In this document: one piece after another, positions 29,346-39,106 of the stretch
How the letters are laid out: each line of letters starts with the position of its first letter
How positions within the stretch are numbered: position 1 is the first letter of the stretch
Source: Candidatus Beckwithbacteria bacterium
Lineage (GTDB): Bacteria > Patescibacteriota > Microgenomatia > UBA1400 > CG1-02-47-37
DNA length: 64,000 nucleotides
Direction of reading: 5' to 3'
NCBI GenBank assembly: GCA_043803225.1
Contig: JAZDKF010000012.1
Location: 54,143-118,142, forward strand
Notes under the pieces: model-generated
The model's input: only the letters and a program-made list of their open reading frames with translations
The model's database searches: none
Told to the model about the DNA's origin: nothing
Translations under genes and position numbers: made by a program

Positions 29346-30218
29346 ATGAAAAGAAAACTTCTGCTTTTAATCTGTTTCCTCACGATAACTGTTGTTTTAA
29401 CTGGTTGTACTTTTCCTGGCCGAAAAAAGTCAGCGCTCTCAGTTTCGACCATACCTCAGGCAACTATTTTCCTTGACGGCGAACATTTAGGCCAAACGCC
29501 CTATGTTAACGAAAAGCTTAAAGCCGGCGACTATGTTCTAAAAATCGTTCCCGAATCCTCCGGTCAGGCCTTAAGTCCCTGGGAAGGTCGGGTCACCTTA
29601 AGCCCGGGTATTTTAACTGTTGTTAATCGGGAACTGGGTTTAACCCAGGATGACTCTTCCGGAGAAATCCTGTCCTTTGAGCCCGGCGCTGATAAAAACT
29701 CTGCTTCGATTTCTGTTGTTACTACCCCCGATGGCACTTCAGTTTATCTGGATGGTGAACCGCGCGGTTTTTCCCCGATTTCTCTTGATAATGTCTCTGA
29801 AGGCGACCACTTGTTATTAATTACCTCTCCGGGATTTAAAGACAAAACCATTAAAGTTAAAACCGTCAAAGGCAATAAATTAATTGCCTCAATTCAGCTT
29901 GCCCGGGCTGTCATTGCTTCGCCGGTTGAAGACACGGCTGATTCTGAAGCTACTCCGGCCGCTTCCCCTAAAGCCAGCCCCAAAGCTTCGCCCACTGCCG
30001 GAGCTAATCTGGTCAAACCCTATGTGGTGATTGACTCACCCGATACTGGTTGGGTTCGGGTTCGCTCAGAAGCTTCCACTGCCGGTGAAGAGTTGGCCAA
30101 GGTCGATCACGGTACCAGTTTTCCTTTAAAAGACGAACAATCTGGTTGGTACGAGATTGAATATGAGACTGGTAAAACCGGCTGGATATCTGGGAAATAC
30201 GCCGAAAAATTCGAATAA
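29346..30218 (+). CDS. lipoprotein with PEGA domains and C-terminal SH3b domain
   Basis: Lipobox 'VVLTGC'. PEGA 'ISVVTTPDGTSVYLDGEPRGFSPISL'. C-terminal 'GWVRVRSEAST...SGWYEIEYETGKTGWISGKY'. Start moved from 29247 to avoid the tRNA. Confidence 0.7.
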   Translation: MKRKLLLLICFLTITVVLTGCTFPGRKKSALSVSTIPQATIFLDGEHLGQTPYVNEKLKAGDYVLKIVPESSGQALSPWEGRVTLSPGILTVVNRELGLTQDDSSGEILSFEPGADKNSASISVVTTPDGTSVYLDGEPRGFSPISLDNVSEGDHLLLITSPGFKDKTIKVKTVKGNKLIASIQLARAVIASPVEDTADSEATPAASPKASPKASPTAGANLVKPYVVIDSPDTGWVRVRSEASTAGEELAKVDHGTSFPLKDEQSGWYEIEYETGKTGWISGKYAEKFE

Positions 30219-30219
30219 C

Positions 30220-31146
30220 TTAACTTAAGTAATACAAAATTCCCACTATCATTAATCCCCAAATAGTGACGGTGATCAGCATCGGCCTGTCTGCAGTTAA
30301 GATTTTTTCCGGCGATTCGCCCTGGTTTTTCTCATAAATCAGCTGCAAATATCGCATCACCCCATAAATTACTACCGGAATTGTTAACATCAGCCATTTT
30401 TCCGAGCGGAAAGTATTGGGTAAGTATGACAGTAAAGTTAAGGCCTTCCCGCTGAAGCTAAACGCCGGGAACATAAAGGCAAACAAAGCATAAGTTAACC
30501 AAGTGGTGTTGGCAAACATCACCGTATACAGATCTAATAGTTTTTCTGGATATCGCCCTAAAACTTTTCTGGAAGCAATTTTACCCTGAAGCAAAGTTAG
30601 TTCGCTTCTGCGCTTGCCGATGGCCAAGAATAAAGCAAAAGAAATAATACATAAGAGCAGCCAAACATTAATGTGCGCCCCGATAATAAACGCTCCGCCA
30701 TAAACTCTCAAGAGAAATCCCAGGGCAATCGCCATTACATCCACAATCGGCCGGTGTTTGAGCACCGCCGTGTATATAAACTGCAACGCTAAATAGGCAA
30801 TCATCACCAAAAACAAGAAATACGATAATGACCAGCCCAGACCTAAACTAATCACCATGCCGCTTAAGCTGAAAAACAGCGCCACTCCAATCGGTAGTTT
30901 CCCTGACGCTATCGGCCTGAACTTTTTAAATGGGTGATTCCGGTCAGAATTAACATCCACAACGTCATTAAAAATATAAACCGAGCTGGTTAAAATCGAA
31001 AAAATCACCCAGGCAGCCGTTACTGTCCACAACTTTTCTCCCCAAAAAAGCCAGCCGGAAAACACCAGTCCCGTATATAAACTTAAATTTTTTAACCACT
31101 GTCGCGGTCTGGCTTCTTTAAAAAGTAGGTAGCCATACTGAGCCAT
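30220..31146 (-). CDS. UbiA-family prenyltransferase (decaprenyl-phosphate phosphoribosyltransferase-like)
   Basis: 'NDVVDVNSDRNHPFKKFRPIASGKL' (NDxxDxxxD plus KRFRPIA-type block), ~8 TM helices. Confidence 0.65.
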   Translation of the reverse strand: MAQYGYLLFKEARPRQWLKNLSLYTGLVFSGWLFWGEKLWTVTAAWVIFSILTSSVYIFNDVVDVNSDRNHPFKKFRPIASGKLPIGVALFFSLSGMVISLGLGWSLSYFLFLVMIAYLALQFIYTAVLKHRPIVDVMAIALGFLLRVYGGAFIIGAHINVWLLLCIISFALFLAIGKRRSELTLLQGKIASRKVLGRYPEKLLDLYTVMFANTTWLTYALFAFMFPAFSFSGKALTLLSYLPNTFRSEKWLMLTIPVVIYGVMRYLQLIYEKNQGESPEKILTADRPMLITVTIWGLMIVGILYYLS

Positions 31147-32183
31147 AACAAACTACCTCCGATCATCACTGCTAATAATATCATTGTATAGAATTTGAGT
31201 TGGCTGTTCAATTTCAATGCCAAAAATCCTAAAATTGCCGATACGATCCAGTAAAACACCGCTATTCTGCGTTTGCCCCAGCCCAAGTCCATTAAGCGAT
31301 GATGCAGATGACCCCGGTCTCCCCAGACAGGCGACTTGCCGCTTAAAACCCGGCGGATAATCGTATAGATTGCGTCCAGCATTGGCACTCCCAGCACTAA
31401 AATTGCCGTAGCTACTTTAGCCCCGGATAAAATTGCCAGCACCGCCAAAAAATATCCGGCCAGCACTCCGCCGCCATATCCGGGCATAATTTTTTGCGGA
31501 TAAAAGTTATAGGGCAAAAATCCCAAGTAAGCTCCGGCTAAAATAAACGCTAACACCAGTACCGGCCATTGAGTTATATCATCAACAAACCGTAAACTTA
31601 AGAAGCCGATGACTACGCCGGCCACCACCACGATTCCTGGCAGTTGGCCGTCTAACCCCTTGGCCCAATTGACAAAATTCATTGCTCCGACAATCCACAC
31701 CAAAGCCATCAAATCAGCCCAAACCCAGATTGTCCGCCACTTCCCCAAGAAAAAAAACGGAATTTGTAGGCCTGACAAATTAATAATCGCTCCGGCTTTA
31801 ATCGGGTTGCTGATATAAGGAATTCCAATTCCCACCCCAACCACCAGCCCGGCTGCAATTAATCCCCAAAACAACCGTTTATATGGGCTGATATTTTTAA
31901 CATCGTCAATCACGCCCACGATTGCCAATAATAATGCCCCGCCAAAAATTCCCAACCAATGCTTATCTACAGGCAAAAACAATAAACTAGCCATAAGCAT
32001 ACTGAAAAATATTACTGCCCCACCCCCTCTGGGTACGGGATATTGATGCACTACTTTTGGATGGTCTTGTTTTTTAGGATCATCCAGCCAACCCATCTTT
32101 TTATAAATGAGAATCACTATCGGCGTTACCCCTAATGAAATAATCATTGCCGTTATTAACGGTTTAATTAATTGAACTAACAT
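31092..32183 (-). CDS. polyprenyl-phosphate HexNAc-1-phosphate transferase (MraY/WecA family)
   Basis: 'VIDDVKNISPYKRL' and 'GDRGHLHHRLMDLGW' family motifs, polytopic. Confidence 0.8.
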   Translation of the reverse strand: MLVQLIKPLITAMIISLGVTPIVILIYKKMGWLDDPKKQDHPKVVHQYPVPRGGGAVIFFSMLMASLLFLPVDKHWLGIFGGALLLAIVGVIDDVKNISPYKRLFWGLIAAGLVVGVGIGIPYISNPIKAGAIINLSGLQIPFFFLGKWRTIWVWADLMALVWIVGAMNFVNWAKGLDGQLPGIVVVAGVVIGFLSLRFVDDITQWPVLVLAFILAGAYLGFLPYNFYPQKIMPGYGGGVLAGYFLAVLAILSGAKVATAILVLGVPMLDAIYTIIRRVLSGKSPVWGDRGHLHHRLMDLGWGKRRIAVFYWIVSAILGFLALKLNSQLKFYTMILLAVMIGGSLLWLSMATYFLKKPDRDSG

Positions 32184-32186
32184 AAT

Positions 32187-32573
32187 CTAGGTAACCAGCC
32201 AAGTAATCTTAATTAAACTTACCAGCCCCATTGCTACTATTAACATTGCCAGCCAAATTAACATTTGGGCTAACAGCCGGTCTTTTTCCAAGACATTTCC
32301 GGCTACCCGGATAGAAATCAGGCTGATTATTAAACTTGAACCAGGCAGCATCCATAAACCCCACTGGTTAATTAATCTGCCTTCGCCATATGCCCGGCTA
32401 AATAACATCGGCACTTCCGGCGGCAGTTTGTTCCACCACCAAGCCAGCCATAAAAAACTCAACCCCAGTCCTAAAAAAATCATCTTCAACCCTACCCTTA
32501 TGTTTGGATTTACTACTAAATTGTCAATTTGTTTTTTGACCATCAATAAACTCAACTGTTCGCTTTTTTTCAT
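32187..32573 (-). CDS. small membrane protein
   Basis: 128 aa, three or four TM helices, within glycan operon. Confidence 0.4.
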   Translation of the reverse strand: MKKSEQLSLLMVKKQIDNLVVNPNIRVGLKMIFLGLGLSFLWLAWWWNKLPPEVPMLFSRAYGEGRLINQWGLWMLPGSSLIISLISIRVAGNVLEKDRLLAQMLIWLAMLIVAMGLVSLIKITWLVT

Positions 32574-33970
32574 ATACTCTCCAATTTTCGGTATACATCT
32601 GCTCGTTCAATCTTTCCCGCAAAGACATAATCAGTTGCCAGCTTTAAATCCAGTTGTTTAAAAGGCCTTTGTTCATAGTCCATGACTATTACTACTCTTG
32701 GCGGTTGTTTGTCCCAGGCAATCATTACTTCTTCGTAACCATTAAAATCAACTATATGATAAGCCACCGTGTAGCGCCCAACCGGCAATCTGTCGGCTAA
32801 CGCATAAACTCCCGGCTCATCTCCCCAAATAAACACCCGATCATCCTTATTCGTGCTTTTTAGTAAATACTCTCCCAGTTTATAACTCTGGTTAACTCGC
32901 TTATCAAAGTAATTGCGATACTCAACTACGTCTTTCTGCCTGGCAATATACTTAATAAAATTTTCATAATAGCTAAATACAGGATAACTCCAAAATTTAA
33001 TTTGCCACCACCAATAACCGCTCAAAAATAATACTCCGGCAATCGCCAGTCTTAAACTCCATTTGCGGCTTTTAATCAACAGGCCTAACAACAGCACTGC
33101 CGGTATTGCCGGCTGGATTAAATAATGTAGATAAGGCCTGCCTGACAATAACGCCCCGAACAGTGCCATTAAAAACCAAATCAGAATTAAATTCGCCCAT
33201 CTGGAAAACTTATACTTTCTTCCCGCCCAAAAAACTAATCCCAAGGCTAAGATCGTAATTCCCAACCTGACCATTAAACCGTTGTTGCTTACTCCCCAGG
33301 AACTTAAGTATCCGATATTTTGCAGCAAAGCCGATCTGACATACCGTTCCAAGCCGCCGACTATTCCAAAGTAGCCGATTGTTATGGCAATCGGCAAACT
33401 GAAACCTAAAATTAACTTCCAAATTCTTTTATCAAAAATACCTTGCCCCGCTAGCCAAAGAATTAAAGCTGCCAGATCAAACGCCGCCGGCACTTTTAGC
33501 AAAAATCCAACTGAAAACAACAATCCTGCCTTAAACCAGCCCTTTCCGCTCGCTGCCAGCAGCATTGCCAGCGTTACCGGCAGCACAATGAAAATCTCTG
33601 CATTTGCCACATTGCCTTCAAAAATCGTCGTTAATCCGATCATTGTCAAAGTTAAACAATAGCTTAAAAATTTATTTTTCGGCCAAATGATTTTAGTTAG
33701 TTTTAAAAATACTGCCACACTCGCCCCAAACCAAACCATTAATATTAATCTGAAATAAAACACATTACCTGCCGCAGCCGCCAGCATGTAGAGCAATGGC
33801 GGTTTGTTATCATGAATATCCCGGTAAAATATCAACCCTTTTCTTAACCCCTGGCCTAAAACCAAATAAATTCCTTCATCGCCATACCAATACGGTTCAA
33901 ATAAAGACGGAATTCTTAACACTGCCACCAGCAGTAACAATAAAATCAAACCTTCATATTTTTTCCACAT
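32570..33970 (-). CDS. GT-C fold membrane glycosyltransferase (ArnT/PMT-like)
   Basis: 466 aa polytopic protein. First-loop acidic motif 'YWYGDEGIY' resembling the PMT/ArnT DE loop. Confidence 0.5.
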   Translation of the reverse strand: MWKKYEGLILLLLLVAVLRIPSLFEPYWYGDEGIYLVLGQGLRKGLIFYRDIHDNKPPLLYMLAAAAGNVFYFRLILMVWFGASVAVFLKLTKIIWPKNKFLSYCLTLTMIGLTTIFEGNVANAEIFIVLPVTLAMLLAASGKGWFKAGLLFSVGFLLKVPAAFDLAALILWLAGQGIFDKRIWKLILGFSLPIAITIGYFGIVGGLERYVRSALLQNIGYLSSWGVSNNGLMVRLGITILALGLVFWAGRKYKFSRWANLILIWFLMALFGALLSGRPYLHYLIQPAIPAVLLLGLLIKSRKWSLRLAIAGVLFLSGYWWWQIKFWSYPVFSYYENFIKYIARQKDVVEYRNYFDKRVNQSYKLGEYLLKSTNKDDRVFIWGDEPGVYALADRLPVGRYTVAYHIVDFNGYEEVMIAWDKQPPRVVIVMDYEQRPFKQLDLKLATDYVFAGKIERADVYRKLESI

Positions 33971-33990
33971 CCCCTTATTTTAGCATTATT

Positions 33991-35478
33991 TTAAACTTTT
34001 TCCGTCACCCGGTATTCCATGTATCTTCCCAGCAGCAGACGGGTATGGGCATCCAGTCCCGGTAAAGCCGTAAAGAAGAACCCGACTATTGGCAGGAGTA
34101 TAAACTCAAATGGGGCTAAAACCTTTCGCCATCTGGCCGTTCCCAGTGGCGCTTTTGGTTTTTGTCTCCAGTCCACGAATATCACCGCTGCCATCGCTAC
34201 TAGCGCTAAAGTTAAAATACTCGAGGAAACCTGGGGCAAAGTCTTGCCGATTATTGTTCTGGAAAAATCCTTATTTAAAAGCGGCGGAATGTTGGCTCCC
34301 AAGGTAATTGCAAACCAGTTAACCGGCCATAACACATGATCTTTTACTACATATAAAGATCTGATGGTTTTTTCTGTAAACGGCATTTTCGGCACTGTTA
34401 ACCACTTGAAAATAATATATGCGTCATCGCTGACTCCCCAGGCCCAGCGCTTGGTTTGTTCGTACTGATTTTTCATCGTCGGCCAAAACCCTTTTGCCTC
34501 GGCCGCATCGCAAAAAGACGGTAAAAATATCGGTTCAACTTCCACTTTGCCTTTAGTGGCATAAAACAGTTTAAAAAACATCCGGTAGTCTTCCGGAATT
34601 ACATCCGTGTCCCAATAGCCGACCTTGTCTACTAATTTTAAGCTGATCGAGTAAGTCGAAAAATTAATCAGCCGGTCTTTTCTAAGCAAAATTCCGGTCT
34701 GCACCACGCTCGACATGCGGTTATATGCCCTGGTTATTGTTGGCAGTTTCCAAATATTATTATAAAACTGAATTGCCGACTGCCAGGTCTTCGTGTAGCG
34801 GTGCGGATCATCTAAAAACTTGAAAGTTAAATAGGCAAAGTATTGCGGGTGGAGCAAAGCGTCCGCATCATTTGAAGTAATCGTAATATAGTCAATATCT
34901 TTCTTTTGCTCATCCACCAGTCTTTTTTTAGCCAATTTTGCCCCCCAGGCAATGTTCGACGACTTACCCTTAACTTCTCCTTCTAGATCAGGGTGAAATT
35001 CCATCATCAAGTTGCCAAAAATTCCTTTAAATTCAGTTTTTAACTTTTTCGCTTTTTCTCGGGCATTTATGCCTTCTCTGGCTTCAAACGCTACTACCAC
35101 GGTTAAATTTTCCTTAGGAAATGTTTGCTTGGATAAGTTTTTCAACGTTCTTCTTAAGGTATTTAGAGGTTCTTGATAGGTTGGAATCACAATAATATGG
35201 TGAACCCGCTTCCAGTCTAAAAAAGACTGCGCTTCGTTGAGCCAATCAAATAACTCTGCTGCCTTGATTCGATAATGGGCAAGTAAAGCCAGAGTTGCTG
35301 TCCATAACGATCGGTAAAGCCAGTAAACATCAAAAGCAATAATATAGTAGGCGACTAAAGCCGGCGCAAAAAAAGCCCCCCAGAATGGAAAAATAATTAA
35401 CGACCAGGAAGTCAGGCCGGGCAAAATCTCCAAAAATCTGATTACTTTTTTCTCGTGTTTTAACAGCCATTTTCTCAC
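33991..35478 (-). CDS. processive family-2 glycosyltransferase (cellulose/chitin-synthase-like)
   Basis: 'SNDADALL' (DxD), 'IPEDYRMFF' (ED), 'EQTKRWAWG' (QxxRW), flanking TM helices. Confidence 0.7.
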   Translation of the reverse strand: MRKWLLKHEKKVIRFLEILPGLTSWSLIIFPFWGAFFAPALVAYYIIAFDVYWLYRSLWTATLALLAHYRIKAAELFDWLNEAQSFLDWKRVHHIIVIPTYQEPLNTLRRTLKNLSKQTFPKENLTVVVAFEAREGINAREKAKKLKTEFKGIFGNLMMEFHPDLEGEVKGKSSNIAWGAKLAKKRLVDEQKKDIDYITITSNDADALLHPQYFAYLTFKFLDDPHRYTKTWQSAIQFYNNIWKLPTITRAYNRMSSVVQTGILLRKDRLINFSTYSISLKLVDKVGYWDTDVIPEDYRMFFKLFYATKGKVEVEPIFLPSFCDAAEAKGFWPTMKNQYEQTKRWAWGVSDDAYIIFKWLTVPKMPFTEKTIRSLYVVKDHVLWPVNWFAITLGANIPPLLNKDFSRTIIGKTLPQVSSSILTLALVAMAAVIFVDWRQKPKAPLGTARWRKVLAPFEFILLPIVGFFFTALPGLDAHTRLLLGRYMEYRVTEKV

Positions 35479-35489
35479 AAGGTACGTCC

Positions 35490-36287
35490 TTATTGGAATT
35501 TAAATAATCTTTCCGCACTCTTGGTAGTCTCAGTTTCAATTTTTGCTATTGAAACTTTTTTCAGCCTTGCCAAGCACTGAGCCACGATCTTAACACTTAT
35601 AGGCTCATTTCTCAAATCTCTCTTCGGCGCCGGTGATAACCAGGGCGCATCTGTTTCTAGCAACATCCGCTCTAGAGGTGTCAATTTAGCTAAAATCTTC
35701 ACTTCCTGGCTGTAGGTTACATTTCCATCAATGCCAATATAAAAACCCATCTCTAAAATCTTGCTTAAAAGTTTTTTACTCCCGGAGATGCAATGGAATA
35801 CGCCTTTAGGATACTGGCCGTCACTGGTGCAAAAGTGCTTAATCGTATCCAGGGTCTCTTCGCCTGTTTCGCGGTTGTGGATAATCATCGCTAGCTTAAG
35901 TTTTTTTGCCAGTTGAATCTGTTGACCAAAGAGTTTTTTTTGAGCTGTTTTCACCTCCGGAGAAATCTCTTTCTTCTCATACTTGCTTTTTTGATAAACA
36001 TGAAAGTCCAAACCGCACTCGCCAATTGCTGCCACTTTTTCCTCTTTTGCCAGCTTCTCCAGTTTTTTCCAATTAATCTCGCTTAAACCGTGGTGAGGAT
36101 GAACACCTACTGCTGCCCATAGATTTTTATGTTTTTTTGCCAACTTAACTGCCCTGGCGCTTGTTTCTAAATCCGCCCCTACCACAATCATTTTGGTTAC
36201 TCCGGCCTTAACTGCTCGATCTGCCACCCTTTGCCAGTCAGCTTCAAAAGCCTTAAAATTCAAATGGCAATGCGTATCAATATACAT
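35490..36287 (-). CDS. tatD: TatD family metal-dependent DNase/hydrolase
   Basis: 'MYIDTHCHLNF' plus conserved His/Glu/Asp positions. metG-tatD synteny. Confidence 0.85.
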   Translation of the reverse strand: MYIDTHCHLNFKAFEADWQRVADRAVKAGVTKMIVVGADLETSARAVKLAKKHKNLWAAVGVHPHHGLSEINWKKLEKLAKEEKVAAIGECGLDFHVYQKSKYEKKEISPEVKTAQKKLFGQQIQLAKKLKLAMIIHNRETGEETLDTIKHFCTSDGQYPKGVFHCISGSKKLLSKILEMGFYIGIDGNVTYSQEVKILAKLTPLERMLLETDAPWLSPAPKRDLRNEPISVKIVAQCLARLKKVSIAKIETETTKSAERLFKFQ

Positions 36288-36297
36288 AAGCCGCTAA

Positions 36298-37713
36298 TTA
36301 TAGTCTCGGGAACAACGATTCCTTTATCTTAATTGTATCGCCGCCAAAAATCTTGGCAATTTTTTCTGCTGTTTGGGGCAAAAATATCTGCAGCTGCCAG
36401 TTAAAGGCCAGTAATTTTTTTACATAACCGACTAGCTTATCTTTTCTCTCATCTGCACTTTGTTTCCAGGGTTCATCCTGAGAAATCTGCAGATCCAATT
36501 CCCTGATTTCTTCCCATAATTTAATTAAAGCTTGATTAAACTCATATTTTCCCAGCTCGCCGCTGACAGTAATTTTTTTCTCAAAATCTTTAATCCCCGC
36601 CAAACCGTCTTTTTCTGCCATCTTCGCCACCCGGGAAACCACATTCCCCAAACCATTAGCCAAATCCGCGTTATATACCTCTTTAAATCGCTCATGAGTA
36701 AAATCTCCGTCTGACTGGGTCGGAATCTCTTTTAATAAAAAATACCTGACCGCGTCAGCACCGTACTGTTTAACAATTTTTTCAGGATTAATCGTGTTGC
36801 CTAAAGACTTTGCCATTTTTTGGCCATTGGCAGTAATATAGCCGTGGACTAAAACTGCTGCTGGAAGGGGGAGTTTCGCTGACAGCAGCATTGCCGGCCA
36901 ATAAACTGTGTGAAACCGGTAAATTCCCTTGCCGATCACATGTACTTGCGCCGGCCACCACTTTTTCCATAAGTTCAAATCATAATTCCAACCCACCGCC
37001 GTCATATACACCGTTAAGGCATCAAACCACACATACATTATCTGGGTCGGATCATCTGGCACGGGAATACCCCAATTGCCTAAGCGGACTGCTGGCCGGG
37101 AAACTGAAAAATCTTTCAGGCCTTGTTTAATAAATCCCAAAGTTTCGTTCTTTCTGATTTCAGGAAATACTTTTAGTTCATCCTTTTCAATTAACTCTTC
37201 CAGTTGCTTTTGATATTTGGATAATTTAAAAAAGTAATTTTCTTCTTCGATCAATTCCGGCACTCGGTTGTGTTCAGGGCATTTTCCTTTAACCAACTCG
37301 TCCTTTGTATAAAACTGTTCACAGCCGACACAGTAAAGCCCTTGGTACTTTTTCTTGTAAATATCTCCGTTTTTAACACACCGATTCCACAACTCGATTA
37401 CTCCCGGCCAATGATATTTTTTATCTGTTGCTCTCCGCCAAACATCAAACTCTACCCCAAGCTGTTCAGCGTGTTTAATAAAGGCTTGAGTATTTTTATC
37501 CGCCAGTTCTTGAGACTCTAGCTTTTCTTCTTTTGCCGCCTCTAAAATTTTTTGTCCGTTTTCGTCTGATCCGGAAACGCAAAATACCTGCTTACCTTCA
37601 AGTTTTTGCCACCGCCTGATTACATCGGTTTGAATAAACTCAAGAGAGTGGCCAAGGTGCGGAAATCCGTTTACATATGGAATCGCCGCCGTTACATAAA
37701 ATTTATCTGCCAT
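36298..37713 (-). CDS. metG: methionyl-tRNA synthetase (minimal core form)
   Basis: 'PYVNGFPHLGHS' HIGH region, zinc knuckle 'CVGCEQFYTKDELVKGKCPEH', 'KMAKSLGN' KMSKS. 471 aa. Confidence 0.85.
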   Translation of the reverse strand: MADKFYVTAAIPYVNGFPHLGHSLEFIQTDVIRRWQKLEGKQVFCVSGSDENGQKILEAAKEEKLESQELADKNTQAFIKHAEQLGVEFDVWRRATDKKYHWPGVIELWNRCVKNGDIYKKKYQGLYCVGCEQFYTKDELVKGKCPEHNRVPELIEEENYFFKLSKYQKQLEELIEKDELKVFPEIRKNETLGFIKQGLKDFSVSRPAVRLGNWGIPVPDDPTQIMYVWFDALTVYMTAVGWNYDLNLWKKWWPAQVHVIGKGIYRFHTVYWPAMLLSAKLPLPAAVLVHGYITANGQKMAKSLGNTINPEKIVKQYGADAVRYFLLKEIPTQSDGDFTHERFKEVYNADLANGLGNVVSRVAKMAEKDGLAGIKDFEKKITVSGELGKYEFNQALIKLWEEIRELDLQISQDEPWKQSADERKDKLVGYVKKLLAFNWQLQIFLPQTAEKIAKIFGGDTIKIKESLFPRL

Positions 37714-37731
37714 CAGCCTATTTTAGCTGAT

Positions 37732-38367
37732 TTATCCTAACTTTTCTGCCACTAAAAATAAACTTCCGGCAGCATAGGGTTTGGGGCTTTTATAATACTT
37801 CATCTTTAATCCGGGAAAACCATCTTTTGCTAAAACTTGAAATAACTTCTGTCTTGAACTGTCATCTTCAATAAAACTCAATATCAACAATCCGCCATCA
37901 GTTAATAATCGGCCGGCCTGTTGAATTAAATTTGTAAAATCTTGTTTTTCCAATCCAGATTCATTAAAAATATTAAACCAGGTAATTAATCCTAATTTCT
38001 CGTCACCCACATCTTTTTGAATTTGGGATAAAGCATCATTTCTCTGCTGTCGAATTATTTTTACCGCAGTTGATTTTTGTGCCATTGCCTCTAAAACCGG
38101 ATCAATTAAATCATCATGATGGCCTCCTGCGTCTATTGGCTCCGCCGCAAATAACACTTTTGGATTATAGTTTAAAAAACAAGGAATTTCTGCTCCGTAT
38201 TCTACATCCAAACAAGCAATTCCCAATTTTTCTATAAAATTATTAATTTTTTGGCAAGAATAACCGGTCCCATTTAATAAATTTTCAAAACTCCATTTCA
38301 GCTTTGCTCCATTAGTTTCTGTTTTAGCAATTTTGTCTTGGACAGTTCCTGGAATCAATTCAGTCAT
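37732..38367 (-). CDS. hypothetical protein (211 aa)
   Basis: Long ORF in metG operon. Weak methyltransferase-like 'LLTDGGLLILSF' but no glycine-rich SAM motif. Confidence 0.45.
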   Translation of the reverse strand: MTELIPGTVQDKIAKTETNGAKLKWSFENLLNGTGYSCQKINNFIEKLGIACLDVEYGAEIPCFLNYNPKVLFAAEPIDAGGHHDDLIDPVLEAMAQKSTAVKIIRQQRNDALSQIQKDVGDEKLGLITWFNIFNESGLEKQDFTNLIQQAGRLLTDGGLLILSFIEDDSSRQKLFQVLAKDGFPGLKMKYYKSPKPYAAGSLFLVAEKLG

Positions 38368-38738
38368 TATTTTTTGAATACGTCCCGGACTGCTTTCGAT
38401 ACCTTACTGGCCATTTCTCCAGCCCACTCATCCGCCTCAATTGCCTTTAATGCCAGCCTTAAACCTTCATTATCTTCTTCCAGCCACTTTTGCACACTGG
38501 CAATTGTTGCTGAAGACACCTTTAAATCCTGCCGGATTACCTCGTAAGATCTCTCTTTATTTAAATAAACTGCGATTCCTAACCGTTTTGCCAGCACCGT
38601 TTTTTCTGTTTTGCTTAACACATCCTCTAAAAACATTTCTATATCTTTAGGTCGTTTTAAATCCGCCAGCACCTGATACAAAGCTTTAAAAATCTTTTTT
38701 TCTATTTGCTTATTAACATTCCTTTTTGACACTTGCAT
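38367..38738 (-). CDS. TrpR-like protein, YerC/YecD family
   Basis: 123 aa. 'VLAKRLGIAVYLNKERSYEVIRQDLKVSSATIASVQKWL' HTH pattern typical of YerC/YecD. Confidence 0.55.
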   Translation of the reverse strand: MQVSKRNVNKQIEKKIFKALYQVLADLKRPKDIEMFLEDVLSKTEKTVLAKRLGIAVYLNKERSYEVIRQDLKVSSATIASVQKWLEEDNEGLRLALKAIEADEWAGEMASKVSKAVRDVFKK

Positions 38739-38753
38739 GTTTAATTAATTAAA

Positions 38754-39080
38754 CTATTCCTTGAAATATCTGTCAACTGCCACCACAATTCCGGCAATTA
38801 AAATTAAGTTCAACCAATTCTCCAGCCGATACACTCTAAGGATCAATGCTCCGGTTAACCCTAGGCTGATTAACAAGCCTCGCCTGGAGTCGCCTAAAAT
38901 CACTGCCAAAGTTAAAAAGATCGCCGGAAAGAACAACATAAAAAAAGGCAGGTATAACCCGTCAATTAATATATCCTTAATCAGTTTTGGCTCCACCCAG
39001 ATAATCAATGCTCCCAGCAATCCCCATAAAATCACCATCGTCATTAACGCTGGCAAATAGTTTTTTCGTCTTTTGTTCAT
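38754..39080 (-). CDS. small membrane protein
   Basis: 108 aa, three TM helices. Confidence 0.4.
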   Translation of the reverse strand: MNKRRKNYLPALMTMVILWGLLGALIIWVEPKLIKDILIDGLYLPFFMLFFPAIFLTLAVILGDSRRGLLISLGLTGALILRVYRLENWLNLILIAGIVVAVDRYFKE

Positions 39081-39106
39081 TGCTTTATGTTACAATTTAT
39101 TTAACT

